DNA from: Tieghemostelium lacteum
Taxonomy: Eukaryota
Length of the DNA stretch: 64,000 nucleotides
Assembly (NCBI GenBank): GCA_001606155.1
Contig: LODT01000042.1
Location: 207,758 to 271,757 of the forward strand
Direction: 5' to 3'
The notes under the pieces were generated by a model. It saw only the letters and a list, made by a program, of their open reading frames with translations. It made no database searches and was not told where the DNA came from. Shown here piece by piece: positions 49,085 through 60,700 of the stretch. The position numbers and the translations under genes are program-made. The stretch's first letter is position 1; each line of letters starts with the position of its first letter.

Positions 49085-50560
49085 TTATTGTAAAACTCTG
49101 AATATAATATTATTAATATTTGTAAATTTATAGGTATCAACAAGTGAGAAGTCTTCTAGTATTGGTATAGTGGGATTTAATTGATTTTCCAAAATAACCT
49201 CTTTAACAGATCGACATGAAGCACAAAAGCTTAACAATTTAGAAACCAATTGTTTAAAGTGCAGTCCACTCAATATATCTTGAATTGGTATTGTAATAGG
49301 TTCCTTGAATACTGAAGTTACTAGAATTATATTCGTTAGTTTAGGTAGTGATTGAATAGATTTACCATAGTTCTCAATAATCTTAAGTAGCTTCAATTTT
49401 GAGAATTTTTAGATTTTTCATGGTGAAGAGTGGTGATAAATCAATGATGGCTTCGGTCATTGGTGTCACCATTACAAATGTTTCAATAGAGGTATTATCT
49501 CTAAAGTATTCAAGTGAGTTATATTTATATGTAATATCAAAGTAGTTACATTGTGGTAACAGTTGAGGTAACATTTCAGCACTATCAAACTCAAAATTAA
49601 AACCCACAAATTTTACTTGAATGTCAACTCAATATTCATCAGTGGATCCTATTCTGAACAGGTTTCTAATCTTACTAATGAATGCTGCGGTATTGTTGTC
49701 TGATAGGTGGATGATAAATGTGATGGATTTTAATTGACATTCATCTCTTTTCATGTAGGAGAAAAAAGAGATAAAGAATTCATATGGTTTATCAATTTTG
49801 GTTTTAAAATCAAACTTGTTTTCATCTGGATTATTTTCTTTAAATGATACACCAACATGTTGGATAGTCTTTGAAATTGGAGGTAAAACTTGAGTATAAA
49901 CTGGAATGAAATTTTGTGATAGAATATCAACATGGGTAAGTGATCTACCAAATTGAATACCATAGGATGCTTTTTGATTAATAATTAGTTTCTGGATATT
50001 AGGTATATGTTCTTTAGAGATCAAAGACAAGTCTGAATAACTGATAGTAGCAATACCATGACAGAGTAGATTGGAGAGTTGATCAGGTTCTTTCATTCTG
50101 AAATCAAATAAAATCTTACCAATGTTAACTTCAGGTCTGGATATACATTTTGAAACTATACTTTTAAACCTTTTAGAGACTAGACCCAAATTGAAGACAT
50201 CATAGATACTATTATTTTCAAGTACATATTCCAGTATACGAATGGTAATGTAATCTTCTGATATTACGTGTCTGGCTGCAAAAAGTACTTCTAATTCCTC
50301 AGGTGTCTCATCCAAGAGTGGGTACAGGGCTTTACATTTAGTAGCTTATTTCCAATTGAATCTCCTTGTCAATGAGTCTACTCTTTTGTAATTTGATAGT
50401 ACTTGTAACCGCCAATTCCGGTAACTTAAACAATAGACTTTTAAAAATGTCTTTTCGTAGATACCCAACAATTCTTTCAATAAAATCCAACATTAATGAA
50501 TCAGAGCTATTAAAGATGACTCATAGACAGCCTTAGTTTCTATCCATTCTGTAAATACAC
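49085..50560 (-). pseudogene. Disrupted gene of unknown family (hypothetical protein), interrupted by an in-frame TGA and at least two frameshifts
   Basis: ORFs 50315..49629, 49607..49383 and 49396..49085 are consecutive on the minus strand. The first is separated from the second by a single in-frame TGA (...STDEY*VDIQVKFVGFNFEF...). The second and third overlap by 14 nt in different frames. Upstream (50345..50560) more coding-like sequence (...FIERIVGYLRKDIFKSLLFKLPELAVTST...) sits in yet another frame with stops. No ATG start. Confidence 0.5.
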
Positions 50561-50805
50561 TTAAATTATTATAGATGTCATCTATTATCAAATAGTCACA
50601 TGCCAACATTCCATAGCCCGATTACAAACCAGTTCTTAACAATACTGGATATTAAATTGATGAACTTGTTAAAAAAAGATAGTCTTTAACATCTCTCAAA
50701 TGTAATTTAAATTCATCAATCTGAGATATCATTTATATTGAGGATTTGTTAAGAGTTATCATTAAACTCTCACCAATAAATTATTTTATTTAATCCTAAG
50801 TTTGT

Positions 50806-51788
50806 TTAAATTAAAACTTTTCGAAGAATTGCAATTACAATGAATACAATAACCATAATTAAGATTATTAATAAAATACATATATTGGAATAACCACTCT
50901 TTTGGGATTTTTTAGCTTCTTTTAAATTAATGGTTGCATCAGAAAAAGACTCCTCGGCTCTACTAAGATTAAATTCAATTTGGTCTAGTAAATCTCCTTG
51001 AGTCTGTACCAATAAACCTACATCCTGAAACATTGATGATAAATCTTTAATTGATTTTACAATTTCCATAATTTCCTTATGTCTCTTATTTGCCATTTGT
51101 TCAATATTCTCTACTAATTGTTTTTGTTCATCTGAAAAATCTAATTCAATTATATTAGAATTGCTGGTAGACGAATTTGAAAAATCTTCATCACCATCCC
51201 ATTCTTTAAAAATATTTGATCTTCTTTGTAGTTGCGTTTTATAACTTCCTTGTTTTTGTCTAAATTGTAATGTAATAGTTTGTAATTGATGTTTTTTGGT
51301 AGTTTGTATATTTTTTTTAATTTTTACTTCTTCTGAGGTCATTGATTTTGCAACACTACCAAAATTGGTAACCAACTCTGTGGTATCTTTTATCAGTCTA
51401 TTTATATCTGTACATATTTGATCATATTTTTTCTCTTGTTCTATTTGAAGGTGTGCATCAAATGTAGGTAAATCTGGTTGAACATTTGATAAACTATCAA
51501 CTAAAGTTTAAAATATAAGAATTTAAATTTTCATTGTAAACTGATATGATATTTTTGCATACCAAGTGATTTAATTGTTACTAAATTGGAATCAATTAAT
51601 GTGATTCCTTGCATCCAAAGTGGAAATACATGTAAAAATGGTAATTGTTCTATACTCTTTATATTACTATTTATTGGATTTAAAGATATATCTTTATCAT
51701 CTGTATAACCAGTATGTAACTTTAATCTTCTATTTTTAAATTCTTCTTTCAAAATATTAAATGCATTAGTTCTATCTCTTGTTGCCAT
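50806..51788 (-). CDS. Syntaxin 5 (Sed5-type Qa-SNARE); exon 1 about 51788..51668(?) and exon 2 51500..50806
   Basis: N-peptide MATRDRTNAF matches the syntaxin-5 SM-binding motif (MSCRDRTQEF). Exon 2 carries the Habc region, the SNARE motif (EIVKSIKDLSSMFQDVGLLVQTQGDLLDQIEFNLSRAEESFSDATINLKEAKK) and a C-terminal TM anchor (ICILLIILIMVIVFIVIAIL). The acceptor TTTAG at 51501/51500 is phase 1. Several phase-1 donors are possible in exon 1, so the exact donor is uncertain. Confidence 0.8.
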
Positions 51789-52156
51789 TAATTGAGTATT
51801 AACAAATATTGTTGTGAACTTTAAATTTATATAACTAATTTAGATTCATTTGTGAATGCCAGCAATGCAATTGATTTCAGTAAAATGAAAAATCAAGTGG
51901 GAGATTTTTTTGAAAATTAATCTTTGAAAATGGCCTTGTAGAAATAATCCAAGTTACATATTTAAATAAATAATATTAATTTAAAAATCATTATAAAATG
52001 TATACATTTAATTAGGGAGTAACTCATAAAGATAGGTTTTCAATTAATTTAAATTTTGATTCCATAATTTTTCTTGTTTTTTTTTTTTGATTTACTAAAA
52101 CTAAAAATATCTCCAATACTTAATTTAATTTAAAAATTTGAAGGAAAGATAAAGAA

Positions 52157-54528
52157 ATGTCAAAGGCAAAGAAAAGTAGTAATTTTTATAACAATAAATT
52201 TTATGATGAATCTATTGAGTTATATTGCAATGATAATCATTGGAATATACCACAGAATATTCAAAATCAACCAGCAAGATCAAAATTACAATCTGAGATA
52301 TTTTCAAGTGAGTATATATATGTTAAGTCATTGTTGATTGTGGAGCATAATGTAATTAACATTTGTAATGCTATATTATTACAGAGGTCGAAACAGAGAA
52401 AAAGAATATAGAGGTAAAAATACCATTAAAGGATTGGATTGCAATGTTAGATGAACAAAACACAAAGAATGCCATTCAATACTCTATTGAGAAGGCAACT
52501 TATAAGGCAGTTGCTGAGTTTTATAATGTGGAGTTTACATGTACTTTTGATATATTGGTATTTGCAAGTAAACAGAGAATACCATTGCTACCAAGTTCGT
52601 TGGCTTTGAAAAACAGTCATTTCAAATACAGTGAGCATCTTCACAGTGAACCTAGACAAGATGATAAAGAATCTTGTGTTGGGTTGCATTTGGATGCACA
52701 TTCTTTCCATCCAGAAAGACCTGGTAGATACATAGTTACACTGGATATTCTCTGTAACTTTTTGACTCCTAAAAAGAATGGTGTTGGTTTATCAATACCA
52801 ATGTCAACAAATAACAGTATTGATATTACTGTATTTAAAAAAGTACAGATTTCTGTAGTAGAACCTGCAATCAGATCAAAACCAGGTGACACTAAACTCT
52901 ATAACCAAGACAACACTGTTATCAGTACTAGACACACTAGTTTCCCACCCTGTTCCTATATCAAAATACAATGGATTGATTTTGATGATGAAGAAGAAGG
53001 GGAGTCTAGTAGTAACTCACCAATCAGTCAGATGATCAACAACAACAATAACAATAGTGCAACAGGATTGACAATAAGCAGAGCTCAACAAGGTGACAAT
53101 GCTGTTGTTGCAACTCCTGAAAAGACTAAAGCAACTGTTCAACAATATACTCTATTGTCAGTTGACGAAGGTGTCATTGTAATTACAAATTCATTTAAAT
53201 ATTCAGTTGTCAGTGGAAGTTTGTCTTCATTGGAAGTTATAGTAGGTTCCAATGTAAAGGTACTCTCTATTGAAGGTCCTAATATAAAGAAATGGGATTG
53301 CAATCCTATATTGCCATTGGTGAATGTCTCTGATAAAGACTCACAATCGTCCAGTCAATTCTCTGAACAACTTATTAAAGTTCAAATGAGCTCTCCTGTG
53401 GAGACTGACTATATACTTCGTATCATTTCAGAGATTGAAATGGAGGGTCCTTCTGGAACAGTTCAATTGACAAGCATCAGAGCTAAAGGTTCTGAAATCA
53501 CCAGAGAAAAAGGTTTCCTAGTTGTAGAATCCATAGCTACAGTGGAAGTCGAACAACTCACAAAAGATGGGTTGACCCTCATTGATAAATCAGAGCTTCC
53601 AGAGACTCTTGTAGATTACTCTGTTGGTCCCTTACTGCTCTCTTATAAATTCCTTGATCCACGTTTCAAATTGGAATTTAAAGTGATTAAGCATCAAGAT
53701 CTCTCTGTATTAGTAGCAATTTGTGATGCAGCTCATTACATGGCAACTCTATCTAACGAAGGTAGTTTATTGTATAAATTAGTATTCCGTATAAAGAATA
53801 CTTCTCAACAGTACATTAGAATTCAGATCCCACATGAATTCAATATCTGGTCGACAATAGTCGATGGATCGGCAGTCAAACCAGGTTTGGAAAACCAAAA
53901 AACTGTAATGATTCCACTCAAGAAATCATCTGGTGCTGAAAAGGGTGTTCAGAAGCCATTCACTGTGGAGATACTCTACAAGCATACCAATGGTTTGGAT
54001 CTTTTAAATCAAGGAAATTTGGATTTACTCTTCCCCGAAATTGATATTCCAATCTCACAATTGTTTGTAAGTCTCTATCTACCAAGTGACTACAAGTATG
54101 GTAAATTCAGTGGAAATGTAAAACAAGTCCAATACTTCTCCAGAACCCCACCAACAGATTCAGAGCCACAGTACCAAGGAGCACTAGTACCTGCAGGTAG
54201 AGGTGGTGGTATCCATAGAGCACCTCAAATGCAAATGCAACAACAAGCCTTTATGTCTAATGCCAATCCTCAATTCAACAATGCACTTAATATTCAAAGT
54301 CAAAGTCAAATGTTGAGAACCAACAGTAATGATGACTTTGATGATGATGATGATGGTATGATTGAGAGAATTCCATCACTTAAAAAGGATGAAGGTACAG
54401 TTGGTTTGAAACCTGTCATGGTAAATCTACCTCTTGTCGGTACCAAAATCATGTTACAACAACTCTTACTCCTTCAAGTACCTATCAGTATTACTACAAA
54501 TTACAAACTAAAGAAATCCTGTTGTTAA
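52157..54528 (+). CDS. Conserved-looking hypothetical protein (about 745 aa, beta-rich, no signal peptide); exons 52157..52307 and 52385..54528
   Basis: ATG at 52157 (MSKAKKSSNFYNNKFYDE...). GTGAGT donor and TTACAG acceptor (77-nt intron, phase 1) join to the long ORF 52444..54528. No family recognised from sequence alone. Confidence 0.55.
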
Positions 54529-54712
54529 AATAATCAATGTTAAATAAACAAAATACACATCGTATAATTCAATCTTTAGTTTTTTTTTTAAAATGATTAA
54601 AATCATTTATATTCAAAACAAATTTTCGTTCGGTTTTAAATTTTTTTGATTTTATTTTTCATTTTCAGAATCTATTTGTTTCATACATTAATCGATTGTC
54701 AATCAACAAGAG

Positions 54713-56529
54713 ATGGACAGTTTTTTTATTAAACCTGGAAGTCATTCAAAGTCAACACAAGAAAATAAACAAATTAATAGAGAAAATAGATCAAGAACCA
54801 ATAATACAGGAGGTAAAAGAACTTTTGGTGGACAAAAACCAAATGGACAAAAACCAAATGGAATAGGAAAACCTAAATATAATAATAAGAATAATAGTAA
54901 TAATAATAGTTATAATAAAAATGGAAATGGAAATGGATATAAAAAATCAAATTTTAAAAGTAATGGTAAAAGGAAATTAGATGAAGTTGATAATGATGAA
55001 GATGACGAGTATTATAAAGATGAGAATTTAGAAAATGGTTATGAAATTTCAGAAGAAAATGTAGTAGGTCAATCATCTGATGAAGAGTCAGGTGAAAATA
55101 GTTATAAAAAATCAAAATATAATTTATCAATTGTCGAGGAGGAAGAGACTGCCGATGAGAAGAAAGTAAGATTAGCTAGAGAATATCTAAAAAAGATTTC
55201 AAGTGCCAGAAAAGATTTGGATGATGATGAGATTACTAGTGTCATTAGAAGCGATTTAGATAAACAACAAGGTAGATTCCAAGTAACTCATAAAGACATC
55301 ATTTCCAATTTGAATTTCACTCAGCATAATCTAACTGTTTTGAAAGGTCACCAATCTCCAATTACCTGTATTGTTTTATCTGATGATGAAAGAATATGTT
55401 ATTCAGCATCAAAAGATTTTATCATTAAATGTAGGTTTTTATATTGGTTCATAAATTAAGATGGATTTGTATTCTAACCAAAAGTCTTTTAACTTTAATT
55501 ATTATAATATTAGGGGATTTAATAAATAAAACAAAATTACATAAGATAAAAGCATTTATACCATCAAAAAAGAATAAGGAAAAACAAGAGACCCTAGATA
55601 AAAAAGAAAAAGAAGATTTTAAAAAGACATCTTATCAAGGATGTATATTGGCAATGGCATTGAGTTTTGATGGAAAGTATTTGGCAACTGGTGGTGACGA
55701 AAAACTATTAAAGATTTGGGATACTGAGACTATGCAAGTGGTAGAGACATTCAAAGGACACAAAGAAGTTATATCAGCATTGACTTTCAGAAAAGGTACT
55801 TATACACTCTACAGTGGAAGTCATGATCGTACTCTAAAGATATGGGATCTCTCTCAAATGGCTTTTGTAGACACACGTTATGGTCACCAAAGTCCCATAA
55901 CATCGATTGACGCTCTATCTAGAGAACGTTGTGTGACAGCTGGTACCGATAAAACTTGTAGAATTTGGAAGATTCCTGAAGAGTCTCAATTGGTTTTCAA
56001 AAGTGGTCATATCGATGCCTCGATCGACTGTGTAAAACTAGTTGGTGAGGATAAGTTTTTGTCAGGTGGTCAAGATGGTTCTGTACTGCTGTGGAACGTA
56101 AACAAAAAGAACCCAGTATCAGTGATTGAAAATGCACATCCAGGATCTGAAATGCCATGGGTTACATCAGTTGCCTCTATTCGTAACAGTGATGTCATTG
56201 CATCGGGATCATGTAATGGTAAAATTCAATTATACGCATTGTTGAATGCTGAAAAGCTAAAAGTAATTAACTCCATTCCTGTGGATGGTTTTGTAAATGA
56301 TATGATATTTTCTCAAACTGGTGATTTCCTATTGGCTGCTGTAGCACCTGAACATAAATTTGGTAGATGGTTAAGATTGAAAAAATCTCTAAATGCATTG
56401 GTTATTATAAATTTAAAAATGGATCAATCTCAACATGTTGATAATACCAATATTGATGATAATGATAATAACGATGACAGTGACAATGATGAAGATGAAG
56501 ATGAAGATGAAGATGAAATTGACATTTAA
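54713..56529 (+). CDS. rrp9: U3 snoRNP protein Rrp9/U3-55K (WD40); exons 54713..~55430 and 55514..56529
   Basis: Basic N-terminus. ...VLKGHQSPITCIVLSDDERICYSASKDFIIK|GTAGGT...TATTAG|W... joins to ...CILAMALSFDGKYLATGGDEKLLKIWDTE...TFKGHKEVISALTFRKGTYTLYSGSHDRTLKIWDL...YGHQSPITSIDALSRERCVTAGTDKTCRIWKIPEESQLVF...GGQDGSVLLWN, colinear with human RRP9 (IIKWSV...CMAISSDGKYLASGDRSKLILIWE...). Acidic C-terminal tail. Confidence 0.85.
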
Positions 56530-56587
56530 ATAATAAAATAAATTTTAATTATTTATTTTATTACCTTACCTATATACATAATAATAT

Positions 56588-57284
56588 TTATATATCTACA
56601 ATTACATATATATTTGTAATATCTTTAGTTTCTTCAATTTTCATACATGAATATGTAATAGCTTTAATTTCAGTACCTGTTGTGTGTTTTGATTTATCCA
56701 ATTCAATACCTTTACTATTTTTGTTTAAATGAAGATATGTTAACATTATTATATGTAACCATAGTTAAAGGTAAAGGTTATTTATGACTTACTATGATGC
56801 TGTAATTGAATGATTTTCTTTATCAAAATTTGTAATTTTAATTTCTTTAAATATTAAAAACTCAGTATTAAATATAAATAGACATTCATCCATAAAACTA
56901 AATAATAGGGAATCTAAATCGTGTCCTGATACAGTTAGTTCTTTACTTTCTACATCATCTGTCAATTCTACAGTATTTAATTCAACCATATAATTCATCA
57001 TTGCTAAAACCTGTTGTTCAAATGCTTCATTGATATTGGTTCCCCATGTATGCTGTTAATTTGGTTTTCTAATTCATTAGTCACCATACCAATCACCTAT
57101 TACCTTAAAACTTTTAAAAACTTACAAACATGATATCAGCAGTATGATCTAAATCTAAAAGTTATCATAAAATATCTTAATATCTACATAATTCCCAAAA
57201 TATCCTATCACTTTTAGTTTATTTACATTCAAATTTGGTTAGTTGCCCCAATCCATATTCTTTAGATTCGGTAATAGTTGTCAT
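56588..57284 (-). CDS. Archease (RtcB tRNA-ligase cofactor); 4 exons 57227..57284, 57126..57154 (29-nt microexon), 56793..57052, 56588..56714
   Basis: Spliced protein [157 protein letters not shown]. It matches human archease: [36 protein letters not shown]...GDDLQSLLFHFLDEWLY...SKHPQGTEVKAITYSAMQV...VFVIIDI. Donors are GTAAAT / GTAAGT / GTAAGT. Confidence 0.85.
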
Positions 57285-57765
57285 TATCGTTATTTATAGA
57301 TGTACAAAAAATGAAAAATAATTTTATTATCTCATAAATTTAATAAAAAATACAAAGAACATGTATCTATGTTAACAATCTATTGTTTGACAAAGATGAA
57401 TTGACATCAAATAAATAGTTTAGACTTATAAAGATTCTTGTTGGTTCAGTGTAAACTTTCAATTTTAACTGTTAATTTTTTGAAATTTTTTTAGAATTTT
57501 TTTTTTTTTTATTTTAATTTTTTCAAAAATATTGATATTGATCAAACAATTCAAGAACAACTTCAAATTTTGAATATTTTCAAATATTTTTTTTTAGATT
57601 AAACTTGTATAAGATTTGGACCAAATTAGATTATATTTTTAGAAGTTCAACAAACAAGTTCTAAAAGTTATTCTCACAGGCAGATAAACAAGTTTAAACC
57701 TTATTTTTTTGTCAGATTCATTTTTTTCAAATTTTTAAATTGGTTCATATGCGAAATAAATATAG

Positions 57766-60700
57766 ATGAATAATAATATGAATAATTATGCTGCTGCTGT
57801 TACTGGCAATGTAAATACCCAATTGACACCACAGCAATTAGGAAATTTAATACAACAACAGCAGCAACAACAACTACAACAAACTCAACAACCATTACCA
57901 GTACAATTTAATCCGCAATTACACAGCTACAATAATATGAATAATAATAATAGTAATAGTAATGGAATTTATAATAATATACCTATCACCAATAGTAATA
58001 TTCCAAATGTATACACACCACAAAATTTAAATTTGAATACACAACCACAGGTTCTTTTAGATAACTTAATACTTAATAATAATAATAATAGTAGCTCATA
58101 TAATAGTTTTAATAATCCACAGTCTGCACAATCAATGTTTTTACCACAGTCATTACCATCTCAACCATTACCAACTTCACAACACATGTTGTATCATAAT
58201 AACAATAATATTAGTAGTGGTATTACAAGTAGTAGTATTAATCATAATATATATTCTACTGTTGCACAACAGTTACCAACAACAGTTACAACACCACAGC
58301 ATTTGTTAAGTCCAAAAACTACATCACCACCAGTGACTTCTTCAACTAACAGTACAACAGCTGTTGTTAGTCCATTGGTAAACAATGATATAGATATGAA
58401 TAATAATAATAATAGTGTGAATAATGGTATTTACAGTGCAGACGAATCTGAGGATAAAAACGAAAATATTACTACAGAGGAACCTTATGAAGAGATGGAA
58501 GAAATTGAGGAAGAAGAATCTGAGGGTAAAGATGAAAGTGATGATGACTATCAATCTGAAGGTTCAGATGAAGATGAAGACAACGACACTTTTATTAAAA
58601 AATCTAGACAATCCGAAAAAGATACTCAATTACAAACTAGAACTACTAGGTCAGGTAGAAGTCAATCAAAAATGATAAAGTTCCTCTCTGATGATGAATC
58701 TGAGGAAGAATCTGAAGAAGAAAGTTCTGATTCTGATTATGAACCAAATAAGAGTAATTATATACCTTGGTATGTGTATATGTTTTTTTACTAATTATTT
58801 ATAACAAAATAGGAAAAGGAAAGAAAAAGTCATTGAAAAAGAAAAAGAAACAACCTGCTAGAAAACAAAGATCTAGTAAATTAGATATGGAGTTAGAGAC
58901 ATTGGCTAGTACAGTTAGACCAACTAGAGAGAGAAGATCAACTGTTAGATTGTATCAAGAGATTGCAGGTGTAAGTGAAGATGATCAAAGTGGTGCTGAT
59001 CAAATAGATAATGATGATGATTATCAAGAAGATGATGAAAACTCTGGTGATGATTATCAATCTGATACTGAGACCCATGACAATGTACATATGAAAAATA
59101 ACGATGATGATTCCGAAGATTATCAAGAAGAAAGTGATGATTCTGCCACTAAAAGAAAGAGAGCAAAGAATAAAAAACAATTTTCTGGTATGTATAATCA
59201 TTTTGGATCTACAGAGATATAGAATATAACTAACTCAATTTAATTTAGAAAATAATACAATCACTCATTTAAATTTGAGAAAAAGAAATGTTGATTTCTC
59301 AGTATTTAATAGTGAAGATGATGAAGAGGGTGAAGGTAACGAAATGAATATTGATGGTGGTGTTAATACAGTTGTACAACAAGCATTGGTAACAGAGGCT
59401 CCACTTGACGAAGACACAATTGAAAAGATTTTAGATCACAGATTAAAGACTACTATAAAGACTGAAGATGATAGCAATGAGAATGGTGAGAAGGTAAAAG
59501 AAGATAATGAAGGTTTCAATGTGGATAATTATGAGTTTTTGGTGAAATGGAAAGGGTGGGCCCACATTCACAATACATGGGATACCTATGAACATTTGGT
59601 TAATTTCAAAGGTAATAAGAAACTGGTTAACTACACTAGAATTGTAATTGAACTATACACTTGGAGACAGAATGCCAGTCGTGAGGATATTGAACAGGCT
59701 GATATACAGAGAGAAATGAATAGACAGGAGTATCAAGAGTATCTCAAGGTGGAGAGAATCATTGCACAACGTGAGGTCGAACCTAGTGCTGACACCAAAT
59801 CACTCACACAGTATCTGGTGAAATGGTGCACTTTGGCATATGCTGATGTGACTTGGGAGTATCCTGAAGAGATCTCTGATAAGTATCAAAATGAGATTGA
59901 TAATTTTCTCATTAGACAACAGACTCAACAGACCTCAAAAGCAAATTCAATATCGGCAAAGAAGCGTGCTGAAATGGGTTTTACAAAACTCGATAAACAA
60001 CCTGACTATCTCAATGCTGGAACACTGAGAGACTATCAATTAGAGGGTTTGAATTGGCTCATTCACTCATGGATCAACAATACCAATGTCATATTAGCTG
60101 ATGAGATGGGTCTTGGTAAGACTATTCAGACCATATCCCTACTCTCTTATTTGAATATTGAACAACAGATGCCTGGACCATTCTTGGTTGTGGTTCCACT
60201 ATCTACCATTGAAAACTGGCAGAGAGAGTTTGCTAAATGGGCACCTCAGCTCAATGTAGTACTCTACACTGGTACCTCTCAAAGTCGTACCATAATCAGA
60301 GAATACGAGTTCTTTTGCTATTCTAAACTTGGAAAGAAGAAAATTAACTTTAATATCCTTTTGACTACCTATGATTTCATTCTGAAAGATCGTCAGCATC
60401 TAGGTGCTCTAAAATGGGATTATCTAGCTGTTGATGAAGCACATCGTTTGAAGAACAATGAATCAGCTCTTCACGAGGTACTCAAACTCTATCACACTGG
60501 AAACCGTCTATTGGTCACTGGTACACCTTTGCAGAATTCTCTAAAGGAGTTGTGGAATCTTTTGAATTTCCTCATGCCTAATAAGTTCCACTCTCTCAAA
60601 GAGTTCCAAGACCAGTACTCTGAACTTAAGGAAAAGGAACAAATTGCAGAGCTTCATCGTGTACTGAAACCACATTTACTCAGAAGAATTAAGAAGGATG

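Noticed and set aside
49626-49631. In-frame TGA between two ORFs in the same frame, which could be a selenocysteine codon
   Set aside because: The same locus has additional frameshifts and lacks an ATG. I recognised no SECIS-like stem-loop nearby. Pseudogene is the simpler explanation.
58754-58812. Reading the CHD1 N-terminal ORF through to its ORF-track stop (...NYIPWYVYMFFY*)
   Set aside because: A 59-nt GTAATT...AATAG intron in phase 1 joins ...SDYEPNK directly to the basic KGKKKSLKKKKK block, as in CHD1 orthologs. The read-through tail is intronic.
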